Sequence record: SRR31156797_3966
Strand: one strand, 5' to 3'
Length of the DNA: 20,000 nt
Shown here: piece by piece, positions 7,144 to 16,980 of the stretch
How the letters are laid out: the number at the start of each line of letters is the position of its first letter
How positions within the stretch are numbered: position 1 is the first letter of the stretch
Position numbers and translations under genes: made by a program
The notes under the pieces: generated by a model
Seen by the model: the letters and a program-made list of their open reading frames with translations, nothing else
Database searches by the model: none
Told to the model about the DNA's origin: nothing

Positions 7144-8511
7144 TTAAGCCATCATTGGAACCAAAATAGTGGTACCGATGATAACGGTAATCAGGCCGGT
7201 CATTACTGGTAAGAAAGTTCGTTTTACCACTTCAAATGGGCTTAAATGTGCCATACCTGAGGTTGCAACGATAACACCAGATACTGGCGAGATAGTACGG
7301 CCTAGGTTCGAAGCTTGAAGCATTGGAATAATCAAGAATGCCGGGTTTAGGCCCATTTTTGCTGCCAGTGAAGGTGCAAGTTCAACGAACGCATAGAAAG
7401 GTGCATTACCTGAACCGGTCGCAATCGCAGCGGCAACAGTCAATGCAGTTAGAATTAGCATCAGTGCCATTCCGCCAGCACCTGCGGTTTCAGCAAGGTG
7501 CAATAGATTATCGATAGCGCCAATAGACATTAAGCCTTGCGCAAACACACCAGCAGAGACTAATAGCATTACCACGCCTTTAAACGCATCAGCCATACCG
7601 TCGTAGCACACTTCTAAATCTTCAAGCGACTCTTTACCTTTAAAGCCACTGGTCACGTAGTGGACGATTGCGCCCGCAAAAATTGAAGCGACCACAATGG
7701 TGTAAATGTCCAAGTAAAGACCTTCAATGGTTTTGCCATTAAACAGGAATACGCCAACGATAGGTAAGAACGGAAGTACAGCATAATAAGCCGGTGCTTT
7801 CACTTCGATTTCAGACACATCAATACGTTCCATTGGCGTACTGTCTTTTTTGTCTAAGTACTTGTTCCAGAAGAACGCGGTAATAGCCATAACGATAATT
7901 GCGCAGATCGAGACTGGAAGAACAGTTTGAACCGCAAACACGTCTAAACTTAAGCCCGACTTTTCAGCCGCGATAACCACATCACCAGAGGTCGGTGAAA
8001 GAATGATAGCCGCTGGAGAAGCACAAACGGCTGCAGCAGCCGGACGGGAGATACCCATCGCAGTCATCATAGGGAATAGTGTCGCCATTAAAAGCACGCC
8101 TAGACCTGTTGCTGAACTGACCGCAAGTGACATTAGACACGCAACAATATAAGCCGCGACAAGAAGAACATAGGGAGACTTAATGAACGATAGCGGTTTA
8201 GAAAATTGTTTAACCACGACATTGTTGGCACCGATATGCGTCATATAAGAGGCAAAACCACAAAGTAACATGATTTGCATACCCAAACCGCCGCCGCGGT
8301 TTTGCAACATGTACTTCACGTACTCAAGGGAGTCTGTCAATAGGTTGCCAGTAGATTGAATACTTTCAGGCAGGACGGTATGGCCAATAATGCCCGTGAG
8401 AATTAAAAGAGTAATACCGCCAGTTAGCAGTACACCAGCAGGTTTGTAGCCTTTAACGATTAGGTAACCAACCGCTACGGTAACAATTAAACCGATAAAT
8501 AGTTCCAGCAT
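7144..8511 (-). CDS. dcuC: Anaerobic C4-dicarboxylate transporter DcuC
   Basis: Polytopic membrane protein with RGGGLGMQIM..CGFASYM.HIGAN, SSATGLGVLLMATLFP, TGSGNAPFYAF and LGRTISPVSGV. Start moved from the GTG at 8523 to the ATG at 8511, which follows a GGAG SD (455 aa). Confidence 0.92.
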   Translation of the reverse strand: MLELFIGLIVTVAVGYLIVKGYKPAGVLLTGGITLLILTGIIGHTVLPESIQSTGNLLTDSLEYVKYMLQNRGGGLGMQIMLLCGFASYMTHIGANNVVVKQFSKPLSFIKSPYVLLVAAYIVACLMSLAVSSATGLGVLLMATLFPMMTAMGISRPAAAAVCASPAAIILSPTSGDVVIAAEKSGLSLDVFAVQTVLPVSICAIIVMAITAFFWNKYLDKKDSTPMERIDVSEIEVKAPAYYAVLPFLPIVGVFLFNGKTIEGLYLDIYTIVVASIFAGAIVHYVTSGFKGKESLEDLEVCYDGMADAFKGVVMLLVSAGVFAQGLMSIGAIDNLLHLAETAGAGGMALMLILTALTVAAAIATGSGNAPFYAFVELAPSLAAKMGLNPAFLIIPMLQASNLGRTISPVSGVIVATSGMAHLSPFEVVKRTFLPVMTGLITVIIGTTILVPMMA

Positions 8512-8618
8512 AATGGTCTCCACATTGATGAGAACAAGCGTATTTAAATAAATATTGCAAGATGTAACAGGAATTTACTGGAAACTGATTTGTAGCACGA
8601 GTTCAACATGCACTTTGC

Positions 8619-8710
8619 ATGATCTAAAACAACAAAAATACAACTATCGCCCTTAGGGTATTGTTCTTTTGTTTAACTATATGTCCACACAATGGTTTGA
8701 TATTAATTCA
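8619..8710. promoter_or_regulatory. Two degenerate FNR-like boxes upstream of dcuC
   Basis: ATGAT-CTAA-AACAA (8619-8632) and TTGAT-ATTA-ATTCA (8697-8710), each 8/10. dcuC is FNR-dependent in E. coli, but the region is AT-rich so chance matches are possible. Confidence 0.35.
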
Positions 8711-8762
8711 TTAGTTAATATTATCGTTTGATAAAAATTTTCTAATGAGGGTAGGGGGAAAG

Positions 8763-8789
8763 AAAAAGTGGCGCAATGTGCACCACTTT
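8763..8789 (-). terminator. Intrinsic terminator of the desaturase gene
   Basis: Minus strand AAAGTGGTGCA-CAT-TGCGCCACTTTTT (one G-U pair) ending in a U run. Confidence 0.7.
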
Positions 8790-8806
8790 GTTATTAAAAA
8801 TGTGAA

Positions 8807-9928
8807 TTATGCGTATTGTGAAACAATTCTATTCCAGCGGCTTCTTTTTTCGAAGAAATCTAACTTAACCTGCTCATATCGTAGCTTCATAACAGAATGT
8901 TCATATTTCTGCAGTGCTTGGTTTTTCTTACATTCAAGCAATTGTTTTTTTACATCGTAGTAATTGTTCAGTTCTTTGATGAAACCATCAAATTCTTGTT
9001 GAAAACTGTTCATTAATACCAGGTGATTGGGTAGTGATGAAATCCGACTTTGTACGTATACCAACGCCATTTGCGCTCTGGCTTTTTCCACTTTAAGGGC
9101 TGGTGCTTTACGTAGCTTTTTGGTTAAGCCTAACCATGAGCACATCTTTATCAGCCATTTGGTTGGATCGTATTGCCACCAATAAATGCCATTGCGGTAA
9201 TCATTTTCAAAAATATGGTGGTAATTATGATAGCCCTCACCAAAAGTGAAAAAGGCCAGCAAGCCATTGTCTCTGGCGGTGTTTCTGTTGGTATAAGGCT
9301 GTGAACCCCAAATGTGCGCCAGTGAATTGATGAAAAATGTAGTATGGTGATTGAGAACCAGTCGAACCGCACCCACCATCAACAGCATACCTATCACATC
9401 CCCATAGAACAGGCCCAACATCAGTGGTACACCAATGTTCATGAGTAACGCGAGCGGTACATAGTATTTATGTTGCCACATGACGATTTTGTCTTTTTGT
9501 AAGTCACGACAGTTACTGTAATCGTGGTAGATCGCCTGATTATAGTGTCGGAGCATCCAACCGATATGAGAGTACCAAAAGCCTTTCTTTGCAGAGTAAG
9601 GGTCTTTACCGTTTTGGTCGACAAACTTGTGGTGTACTCGGTGATCTGAAGACCAATGCAAGGCACTATTTTGTAATGCGAATGCACCACCTAGTGCGCA
9701 CATCAAACGGACAATCCAATGGGCTTCAAAGGCTTTATGTGACCAAAGGCGATGGTAACCCATGGTAATTGATAGGTTACAAAACGAAAAACAAACAACC
9801 AGCCAGACCCAATGTTCAGCGCCAAAACCGAAATTCCAGCCATATAGAGGTGTCACAACCACAGCCAGTAAAAAGCTTAACGAAAAAATTGCGACATTAA
9901 GCCATATCAATGGCGGTTTACTATCCAT
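8807..9928 (-). CDS. Membrane delta-9 acyl-CoA/acyl-lipid fatty acid desaturase (Ole1-like) with helical C-terminal extension
   Basis: His boxes HRLWSH, HRVHH and HNYHH, plus FFINSLAH, GEGYHNYHH and YDPTKWLI. Start reassigned from 9988 to the ATG at 9928 (MDSKPPLIW, AAGGG SD), because the longer ORF would run over the operator sites. Confidence 0.92.
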   Translation of the reverse strand: MDSKPPLIWLNVAIFSLSFLLAVVVTPLYGWNFGFGAEHWVWLVVCFSFCNLSITMGYHRLWSHKAFEAHWIVRLMCALGGAFALQNSALHWSSDHRVHHKFVDQNGKDPYSAKKGFWYSHIGWMLRHYNQAIYHDYSNCRDLQKDKIVMWQHKYYVPLALLMNIGVPLMLGLFYGDVIGMLLMVGAVRLVLNHHTTFFINSLAHIWGSQPYTNRNTARDNGLLAFFTFGEGYHNYHHIFENDYRNGIYWWQYDPTKWLIKMCSWLGLTKKLRKAPALKVEKARAQMALVYVQSRISSLPNHLVLMNSFQQEFDGFIKELNNYYDVKKQLLECKKNQALQKYEHSVMKLRYEQVKLDFFEKRSRWNRIVSQYA

Positions 9929-9942
9929 ACTAAAACCCTTTG

Positions 9943-9986
9943 AGCTTACAAGTGTGCGCCAGAATATCAGCGAACAGGTGTAAGTC
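9943..9986. promoter_or_regulatory. Tandem FabR/DesT-type operators upstream of the desaturase
   Basis: AGCTTACAAGTGTGCGCC (9943-9960) and AGCGAACAGGTGTAAGTC (9969-9986), both close to the palindrome AGCGTACA-NN-TGTACGCT. Confidence 0.75.
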
Positions 9987-10092
9987 AAATAACTTTAACG
10001 AAATTGTGACCAGTATGTTTTGCTTTTTGTTTTGAATTGAATAGTATTATCGGGTACTAAAAATCCTTACAGGAAGTTATAAGGACTAATAA

Positions 10093-10623
10093 ATGGAAAT
10101 TAGGATAGCGGAATATAGCGATTTTGAATCAATCGCTGCTCTTCATGTTCGAAGTTGGAAGGCTCATTATCAAGGTCTGTTAAATCAGGAATACCTGGAA
10201 AATGAGGCTCTCTCTGACAGACTTGTCATTTGGCAAACACGTTTAACCAATCCACCTTTTAATCAACATATCCTGCTACTGGAAGACGAGGGTAAGCTAC
10301 TTGGCTTTATCTGCGCTTTTGGTAATCATGATTTTGAGCGGGGAAGTATTATTGAGTCATTGCACATTGAACCGCAATACCGCGGTCGCGGTTTAGGTAA
10401 AATGCTAATTCGTGAAATGGCTGAATGGATCGATCATTATTTTCCTGATAACGGTGTTTATCTTGAAGTGCTGGAACAAAATCAGCAAGCGATCGATTTT
10501 TACGACCATATCGGTGGTGAACATCAAGTTGAACAGCTGTGGAAAGCACCATGCGGTAGTGAGGTGCCTGAGTTCGTTTATGCGTGGAAAACGCCAAAAC
10601 TGATGCTTGCAGCGATAGAATAA
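10093..10623 (+). CDS. GNAT family N-acetyltransferase
   Basis: 176 aa. LHIEPQYRGRGLGK acetyl-CoA motif A, LEVLEQNQQAIDFY motif B, AAGGA SD. Confidence 0.9.
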   Translation: MEIRIAEYSDFESIAALHVRSWKAHYQGLLNQEYLENEALSDRLVIWQTRLTNPPFNQHILLLEDEGKLLGFICAFGNHDFERGSIIESLHIEPQYRGRGLGKMLIREMAEWIDHYFPDNGVYLEVLEQNQQAIDFYDHIGGEHQVEQLWKAPCGSEVPEFVYAWKTPKLMLAAIE

Positions 10624-10642
10624 ATACGCTTCACCTTTCGAT

Positions 10643-10672
10643 AAAAAGCCCAGCATTTTGCTGGGCTTATTT
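10643..10672. terminator. Bidirectional terminator between GNAT and MCP
   Basis: AAGCCCAGCA-TTT-TGCTGGGCTT flanked by A- and T-rich tracts, between convergent genes. Confidence 0.85.
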
Positions 10673-10687
10673 GATCTTAAAGCCGTT

Positions 10688-12448
10688 CTACTGTTTGGTT
10701 GTGAACTCAGATACCGCTTTATCCATCTCTTTAGCCTGAAGGGCAACCATGTCAACTTCAGTAAGCACATGTTGTGCAGAATGCATGTTATCTTCAGAAA
10801 TTGAATTGAGTTCAGTGATAGAGTCACTCACCTGATGCATGACGATCCCTTGCTCCTCAATTGCCGAAGCAATACGCTCAGAGTTGGCTTGAATGTTGGT
10901 CATGTCTGAGATGATGAGGCCCAAGCTATCATCAAGCTGACGTGAATTTTCCAGTGTTGAGTGGCTTTGACTATTACATTGCTCGATGTCTTTCACCACC
11001 TGACTCATTTGTGTCTGGATTGCTGAAACGACACTGGTGATTTCTTCGGTTGATTCGTGGGTGCGTGTCGCGAGTGAACGAACTTCATCGGCAACCACGG
11101 CAAATCCTCGCCCTTGTTCACCAGCTCGTGCGGCTTCAATAGCGGCATTCAGTGCAAGCAAATTGGTTTGCTCTGCAATACCTTGAATGATGTTAACCGT
11201 CCCACCGATTTTCTCAACCAAGCTATTAAGCGAAGCGATGGAGCTTTGACTGGATTCAAGGGTGTCAGACAACTGCTGTATGTTATTGACTGTTGATTCC
11301 ACCACGTCGCGTCCGTTAGCCGCATTGTTAGAAGCTTGCTGCACGCCTTCTACTGCCACACTGGTACTCTCAGAAATTTCTCTAATCGCTGAAACCATTT
11401 CTTGAACAGACGTCGCCATCATCGAAGTATGCTCTGTTTGTGCATTGAAGTGCTTTAACACTTCTTCCAGTTCATTGTGCATCGCCGCGGTGCTTTTCGA
11501 GAGCTGATTAGACTTGTTTTGCGTTCCAGAAATCAATGACTCGAACTTATCCAATAACTTGTTGAAGTATTGGCTGACTGAAGCCATCTCATCTTTACCC
11601 GTAATGTCTGAACGAATACCGATATTATTGGTCTCAGAGATGTTGTGGATAACATCCAGAATACGATTAACCCGTTGGTTGATGGTGCGAGAAATTTGGG
11701 TGATCAACACAACAATCAACAGGATAACGAACAGGGTAATGCTGTTTTCTATGATGGCGATTTCACTCTGACGACTGTCAATTTCTTGGTTCAGTTTGGC
11801 TGAGAAGTTTTTAAACTGTTCTTCGACATCGTGAGAGAGGTTACGGGTATTACCCAGTAAACCTTGGTTATACTTTAACCCTATGTTTATTTCTTGTTGG
11901 ATTACCGAATTGGCAGCGGCGAGTAATTCCGCCGATTTGGAGATTTGGTCGTCTTCGATAAAACCATCAAGTACATTGTTATCAAAACGCATCAGGCTAA
12001 TTTTGCTTGCCGTATCTGCTTGATTGAACTCTCTGTTTAAAACGCTGTAGTATTTACCAAACAGTCCAGATTCTTTGTTGAGGCCAAGAGTAATATAGGC
12101 ATTAACCAGTTCTTCGAATCCTTTACGGTAGGCTAGGAGATCCTGACGCAAGTCGGCAGAAGAGCCCAACTTATTATTGGCTAGGATGTTTGAGAGTTCG
12201 GTTTCTAAAGATAAGAACTGCTCGCTATTCGATTTGAACGTATCTAGATACTTGGCGTCAGAGCGAAGTAGGAAGTCTTTTTCGTTTCTTCTGAGATTAA
12301 GTAGGCGAATCTCTAACTTGTCGACGAGAGAAATGGCATGGGTTAAGTTTTCAGTGGTGCTAGTAAAGTAATTGGAACTTATTAAAAGTGTCACGATGCC
12401 TAAAACAGCAATAACACCTAATGAATACAATTTCTGTTTAATATTCAT
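10688..12448 (-). CDS. Methyl-accepting chemotaxis protein with periplasmic helical-bundle sensor
   Basis: 586 aa. Two TM segments, [14 protein letters not shown] sensor motif, HAMP ([13 protein letters not shown]), signalling hairpin [37 protein letters not shown]. Confidence 0.95.
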   Translation of the reverse strand: MNIKQKLYSLGVIAVLGIVTLLISSNYFTSTTENLTHAISLVDKLEIRLLNLRRNEKDFLLRSDAKYLDTFKSNSEQFLSLETELSNILANNKLGSSADLRQDLLAYRKGFEELVNAYITLGLNKESGLFGKYYSVLNREFNQADTASKISLMRFDNNVLDGFIEDDQISKSAELLAAANSVIQQEINIGLKYNQGLLGNTRNLSHDVEEQFKNFSAKLNQEIDSRQSEIAIIENSITLFVILLIVVLITQISRTINQRVNRILDVIHNISETNNIGIRSDITGKDEMASVSQYFNKLLDKFESLISGTQNKSNQLSKSTAAMHNELEEVLKHFNAQTEHTSMMATSVQEMVSAIREISESTSVAVEGVQQASNNAANGRDVVESTVNNIQQLSDTLESSQSSIASLNSLVEKIGGTVNIIQGIAEQTNLLALNAAIEAARAGEQGRGFAVVADEVRSLATRTHESTEEITSVVSAIQTQMSQVVKDIEQCNSQSHSTLENSRQLDDSLGLIISDMTNIQANSERIASAIEEQGIVMHQVSDSITELNSISEDNMHSAQHVLTEVDMVALQAKEMDKAVSEFTTKQ

Positions 12449-12604
12449 ACAATTACCTGGTTGGTTGAGTTATTAATATTTTTGTTATTATTGGGGTGAG
12501 TTTAGGGCTGAATGAGTAACCTAGCAACAAAGTTCTTTTAGATTAGTATATTAGTTTTATTAAATTTTTATGACAGCGCGGCGAAATTTGGAGTTCAAAG
12601 TACG

Positions 12605-13204
12605 ATGGCAATAGATTTACAAAAGTACAAAGGGTTGATTTTTGATATGGATGGCACACTGATTGACACCATGCCATCTCATGTTGAAGCTTGGAAAATG
12701 ACGGCAGAAAAGTTTAACTTTCCTTTTGATGGCGAATGGCTGCAAAGCATGGGGGGAATGCCAAGCGTCAAGATAGCGGTAGAAATTAATAAAGCATACG
12801 GACTAGACTTAGATCCTAAGTCAGTTTCTGAATGTAAAATGGACGCCTTTACTTCGCTTGATGAGGAGGGCGGATTAATCGCCGACACTTACCAAGTTTT
12901 TGAAGCAAGCTTAGGCGAGAAAAAAATCGCAGTAGGGACGGGTAGCCAACGTGTAAGTGCAGTAAAACTGCTTACGCGTGTGGGTATGCTCGATAAACTG
13001 GACGCTTTAGTCACCGCGACCGATGTGGACAATCATAAGCCTCACCCTGAAACCTTTCTCAAAGCGTGTGAACTGATTGGTTTGCAACCTGAAGAGTGTG
13101 TGGTTTTTGAAGATACCGATCTCGGTAAAAAAGCAGCGCATGCTGGTGGGATGGATTGCATTATGGTGACGGACAGTGGGCTTCAGTTTCACCCTTGTCA
13201 ATAA
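12605..13204 (+). CDS. HAD-IA phosphatase, beta-PGM/YqaB/CbbY family
   Basis: 199 aa. LIFDMDGTLIDT, KPHPETFL and VVFEDTDLG..AA..GGM motifs. Confidence 0.9.
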   Translation: MAIDLQKYKGLIFDMDGTLIDTMPSHVEAWKMTAEKFNFPFDGEWLQSMGGMPSVKIAVEINKAYGLDLDPKSVSECKMDAFTSLDEEGGLIADTYQVFEASLGEKKIAVGTGSQRVSAVKLLTRVGMLDKLDALVTATDVDNHKPHPETFLKACELIGLQPEECVVFEDTDLGKKAAHAGGMDCIMVTDSGLQFHPCQ

Positions 13205-13214
13205 TTCATAGGCT

Positions 13215-13249
13215 AAAAATAGAGCCGCATTATGCGGCTCTATTCATTT
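13215..13249. terminator. Bidirectional terminator between HAD and FKBP genes
   Basis: AATAGAGCCGCAT-T-ATGCGGCTCTATT (13218-13244) between convergent genes. Confidence 0.85.
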
Positions 13250-13258
13250 CAGAGAATT

Positions 13259-13732
13259 TTATTGGATTTTAATCAGTTCAACGTCAAAAATCAGTGTTGC
13301 TGATGGTGGAATTGGTCCCGTTCCGCTTTTACCGTAACCCAGGTTAGCTGGAATGAACAGACGCATTTTTTGACCTTCAACCATAAGCTGGACACCTTCT
13401 TGCCAGCCTTTGATTACTTGGTTTAAACCAAACGTAATAGGTTCGTTACGTTGGTAAGAGCTATCAAATACAGTTCCGTCTAATAACTTACCTTCGTAAT
13501 GTACCGTTACTTTGCTGTTTGCTTTCGGATGCACATCACCTGTACCTTCACTGAGCACTGTGTATTGCAAGCCGCTCTCTGTTATTAGTACATCTGGTTT
13601 GGTCGCGTTTTCGCTCAAAAACGCCTGACCTAGAGCCAGTTGTTCTTCTCCAGCTTTATGATTGGTCCAAGTACGGTAGGCGAAAAAAGCCGCCAGCACA
13701 AAAATTACAATGGGAAATACGATTTTATACAT
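13259..13732 (-). CDS. FKBP-type peptidyl-prolyl cis-trans isomerase with N-terminal membrane anchor/signal
   Basis: 157 aa. TESGLQY, VHYEGKLLDGTVFDSS, VIKGWQEG and IPPSATLIFDVELI motifs; hydrophobic N-terminus. Confidence 0.95.
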   Translation of the reverse strand: MYKIVFPIVIFVLAAFFAYRTWTNHKAGEEQLALGQAFLSENATKPDVLITESGLQYTVLSEGTGDVHPKANSKVTVHYEGKLLDGTVFDSSYQRNEPITFGLNQVIKGWQEGVQLMVEGQKMRLFIPANLGYGKSGTGPIPPSATLIFDVELIKIQ

Positions 13733-13749
13733 AGAGAGTCAGTCTCGAA

Positions 13750-14376
13750 TTAGGGTTGAGTGAGTAGGTAAGAAATGGTTTTGGCAATACCTTCGATATC
13801 TTTGTGTCCACTGGTAATCACTTGATATTTACCTTTAACAACAAAAGTCGGTACCGCGTTGATTTGACCTTCTTGTGAGGCTTTATCTGCCATTTTAATC
13901 ATGCCAAACAGCTTATTTTTTTGCTCAGTGGTCAACTGGTAAGGGCTGGTGAGGTTACGATCGTAGAATACTTTTTCAATTGCCGCTTGTCGGTCACTCA
14001 GTGTCGCTCCGTCACCGAGCTGAACCGCAGCGAATAACTCTTCCATCATTACCGCGTCAGGAATCCCTTCTAACTGCATTACCGCTGTGTAATAGATCAT
14101 TGCGCCGATGCGTGCGCCTTCATTAAATGTCACATGCAGTTTACCGAAGTGCTCATTGGTCAGCTCTTCCAGTTGTGGAATCACCGTTTCCATCTTTCTG
14201 CAATGGCCACATGTCAGTGAAAAAATTTCAGTGACAGGAGCAAGACGGTGAGTCGAAAGATTCGCAGGGAGTAGCTGGTATTGTTCACCTTCAATAGGAG
14301 TTGAGTTCTCACTACATCCAGAAAGGACTAAAATCATAGTGAAGACACTGACAAAGCCGGTTAGAAACTTTTTCAT
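13750..14376 (-). CDS. DsbA-like thioredoxin-fold lipoprotein
   Basis: 208 aa. Lipobox LSGC, CGHC active site, INAVPTFVVKGKY cis-Pro loop. Confidence 0.85.
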   Translation of the reverse strand: MKKFLTGFVSVFTMILVLSGCSENSTPIEGEQYQLLPANLSTHRLAPVTEIFSLTCGHCRKMETVIPQLEELTNEHFGKLHVTFNEGARIGAMIYYTAVMQLEGIPDAVMMEELFAAVQLGDGATLSDRQAAIEKVFYDRNLTSPYQLTTEQKNKLFGMIKMADKASQEGQINAVPTFVVKGKYQVITSGHKDIEGIAKTISYLLTQP

Positions 14377-14528
14377 TATTATTCGCCTTTTAAAAACACT
14401 GAGAGAGATTCTAACGGTTAACAGATGTGACGCAAACCACGGATAAGTAAATTGTTGTTATTTTTTGATAAAGTTTTACCAACGTCGCCGATAAATAAAA
14501 GTAGTTAGATGAGAGAGTGATGTGAGTA

Positions 14529-15143
14529 ATGAAGTATTTAGTTTTTCCTCTTATATTGATGTTGTCGGGCTGTGGTTCTTTAGCCACTGACCGAATGTTT
14601 ACTGATAACTTACTGGATGCTGCGCCGAAAGGTGAGATGGAAGTCCGTAATCCTGAATGGGTAGTGTCTTCTCGTACCGTAAATTCGGGCGTAAAAGGTC
14701 CTCTAGGGCAGGTGAGAACCAACAGTTATGACGCGCTTCAACAGTTTTTACTCCACAACGGTGTGGATTATGAAGTGCTGCCAGGAAACCATATCATGGT
14801 TAAATTGAAAGACTCGGTGAAGTTTGAAACGGGATCATCCCAAGTGTCGCTAGAGTCTGAGCAATGGCTCAGTATGATGAGCGACTTCCTAGCTCAACAA
14901 CATGGCATCGACGTTGTGATTGACGGCCACACCGATGACACAGGTCAAATGACGTTTAATGACTCTCTCTCGATTAAACGTGCCGATAAGGTGAAAAGCA
15001 CACTAATTAAAAACAGTGTAGCGAAAGATTCTATCTATACCCGAGGTTATGGTGAGTATGTTCCAGCGTGTACGAATAGAACCACAACGGGTCGTGCCTG
15101 CAATCGAAGAGTTGAATTATTGTTCATTGTGTCAAATAACTAA
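14529..15143 (+). CDS. OmpA-C (peptidoglycan-binding) domain lipoprotein
   Basis: 204 aa. Lipobox LSGC, FETGSS, IDGHTDDTG...NDSLSIKRA..V, GYGEYVP and NRRVEL motifs. Confidence 0.9.
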   Translation: MKYLVFPLILMLSGCGSLATDRMFTDNLLDAAPKGEMEVRNPEWVVSSRTVNSGVKGPLGQVRTNSYDALQQFLLHNGVDYEVLPGNHIMVKLKDSVKFETGSSQVSLESEQWLSMMSDFLAQQHGIDVVIDGHTDDTGQMTFNDSLSIKRADKVKSTLIKNSVAKDSIYTRGYGEYVPACTNRTTTGRACNRRVELLFIVSNN

Positions 15144-15188
15144 TCACTAACATATTCATAATATCTATTTCTTGCTCTAATGTGCATT

Positions 15189-15215
15189 AAGTCCCAGTTT
15201 TACTGGGACTTTTTT
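15189..15215 (+). terminator. Intrinsic terminator of the OmpA-domain gene
   Basis: AAGTCCCAGT-TTT-ACTGGGACTT running into a T tract. Confidence 0.85.
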
Positions 15216-15356
15216 ATTTATTCCCACGCCGTGACTAGGGATATTGATGATGCTCTCAGTTATAAGGTAAAATACGTTAATTATTTTGAAACGTTTGTTT
15301 CATTTGTGTATACAGTGTTTAAAAAATAACGAGTTATAACTACAAGAAAGAGAATT

Positions 15357-16919
15357 ATGTCAGCTACGCAAATGTCATCTGGTCTAGAGGTCCCCGTTGA
15401 GAAAACTGATCAGCTCGTTTCTACTACCGATCTTAAAGGTGTCATCACATACTGCAATGAGACCTTCTGTCGTATAGCGGGCTTCAAAGAAGAAGAACTC
15501 CTCGGTCAAAATCACAATATCGTTCGCCATCCAGATATGCCCAAAGCGGCATTCGCCGATATGTGGAGCCACCTTAAAAAAGGCAACCCATGGCGAGGGG
15601 TGGTAAAAAATCGTACTAAATCCAATGGATTTTATTGGGTAGACGCTTACGTTACGCCAATTTATGAAGACGGTCAGTTAGCGGGTTACCAGTCTGTTCG
15701 TGTGCAGCCAAAACGAGCGCGAGTTGAAACTGCAGCGAAAGCATATCAAGCTTTGTGCAAGGCCGAAAAAGGCGGACGCCAGTTTTCAATCAATGTCTCT
15801 ACCTCAGTTCGCTACGCAGTTTTAGCTGGTGCACTCTCCGCGCCTTCGTTAGCCTATTTGTTTGGTCAGAGTGGTTTGGTTCAGCTGACTGCAGGTTTAC
15901 TGCCTGTCGCGGCTTTAGGTCTGCTTTTTAACAATGAACTGATCGAAACCCCTCGTCATATAAAACGATTGAAAAATAAGTATGACAGTATTAGTCGTTT
16001 AATTTACTCGGGTGACAGTCAATTTTCTTATGCCGACTACCATATAAGAATGTATTCGGCCCGAATTCGTACCGTTTTGGGGCGAATGGTTGATGCTGCA
16101 AAACCTTTGTACTCAACTTCTGAGCAGCTTAACCAAACTTGTGTCGAAGTAAGCCAGGCTCTTGAGCAGCAAAATGCTGATATTCAGAGTGTCATGAAGG
16201 CAACAGACTCTGTTGAAGCAGCAGCGAATGCGGTATCTGAGAGTACCAATGAAGCGTCTTCACTCATTGATCAAGCGCAGTCTCAGTGTTTGAAGACTAA
16301 GCAGACGATTCAACAAACGCATACCGATCTTATCGCACTGGCGGAACAGGCAGAGCGCGCAACGGGAACAACCCAGCAACTGAACCAACAAGCACAAACG
16401 GTGGGGCAGTTAATGGAAGAGATTGATGGTATTGCTGCTCAAACCAACTTATTGGCACTGAATGCTGCGATTGAAGCGGCCAGAGCGGGTGAACAAGGCA
16501 GAGGATTTTCTGTGGTTGCCGATGAAGTTCGAGCATTGTCCGGTAGAACTCAGAATGCGACACATCAAATTCAATCCAGTATCAGCACCATGCTGGAAAC
16601 GATTGATACCTGGCAGCATGAAATTAACGAAAGCCAGACTCAGACTCAGGCTTGTGGCTTAGTCGCGGAAGAAACGGGTAATCGTTTATACGAAGTGGAA
16701 CGCATGCTGGCTGATATGCAGGCTCTAGTGGGCAATATGGCACAGTCCGCGAATGCTCAGCGCCAGCTAACTCACGATGTTAATCACCATATTCATTCTA
16801 TCGCTTCGGCTGCGACGCAGAATGTGGCGGCCACGAGCATGGTCAGTGACCATAGCCGAGAAATGAAGGATCAGGTCGATAACTTCTTGACCCTGGCGGA
16901 GCGTTTTGAGGAAAAATAG
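15357..16919 (+). CDS. aer: Aer-type PAS (FAD) aerotaxis/energy-taxis chemoreceptor
   Basis: 520 aa. [33 protein letters not shown] and [11 protein letters not shown]er PAS signature, central hydrophobic hairpin, MCP signalling domain. Confidence 0.88.
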   Translation: MSATQMSSGLEVPVEKTDQLVSTTDLKGVITYCNETFCRIAGFKEEELLGQNHNIVRHPDMPKAAFADMWSHLKKGNPWRGVVKNRTKSNGFYWVDAYVTPIYEDGQLAGYQSVRVQPKRARVETAAKAYQALCKAEKGGRQFSINVSTSVRYAVLAGALSAPSLAYLFGQSGLVQLTAGLLPVAALGLLFNNELIETPRHIKRLKNKYDSISRLIYSGDSQFSYADYHIRMYSARIRTVLGRMVDAAKPLYSTSEQLNQTCVEVSQALEQQNADIQSVMKATDSVEAAANAVSESTNEASSLIDQAQSQCLKTKQTIQQTHTDLIALAEQAERATGTTQQLNQQAQTVGQLMEEIDGIAAQTNLLALNAAIEAARAGEQGRGFSVVADEVRALSGRTQNATHQIQSSISTMLETIDTWQHEINESQTQTQACGLVAEETGNRLYEVERMLADMQALVGNMAQSANAQRQLTHDVNHHIHSIASAATQNVAATSMVSDHSREMKDQVDNFLTLAERFEEK

Positions 16920-16938
16920 TTCACAGCATTCGGATAAT

Positions 16939-16966
16939 AAAAAGGAGACCTTAAGGTCTCCTTTTT
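16939..16966. terminator. Bidirectional terminator between aer and irgA
   Basis: Perfect 28-bp palindrome AAAAAGGAGACCTT-AAGGTCTCCTTTTT. Confidence 0.9.
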
Positions 16967-16980
16967 GCTTTGTTGTGCGA

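Noticed and set aside
8645..8660. Possible NarP site upstream of dcuC (TATCGCC-CT-TAGGGTA)
   Set aside because: Only one half-site is reasonable; too weak to call.
9929..9988. N-terminal 20-aa extension of the desaturase in the ORF track
   Set aside because: TTG start with no SD, overlapping both FabR-like boxes; the ATG at 9928 has an SD.
11070..16550. Inverted sequence similarity between about 11070-11180 and 16430-16540
   Set aside because: Only the conserved MCP signalling hairpin ([23 protein letters not shown]) in two oppositely oriented chemoreceptor genes; not a mobile-element repeat.
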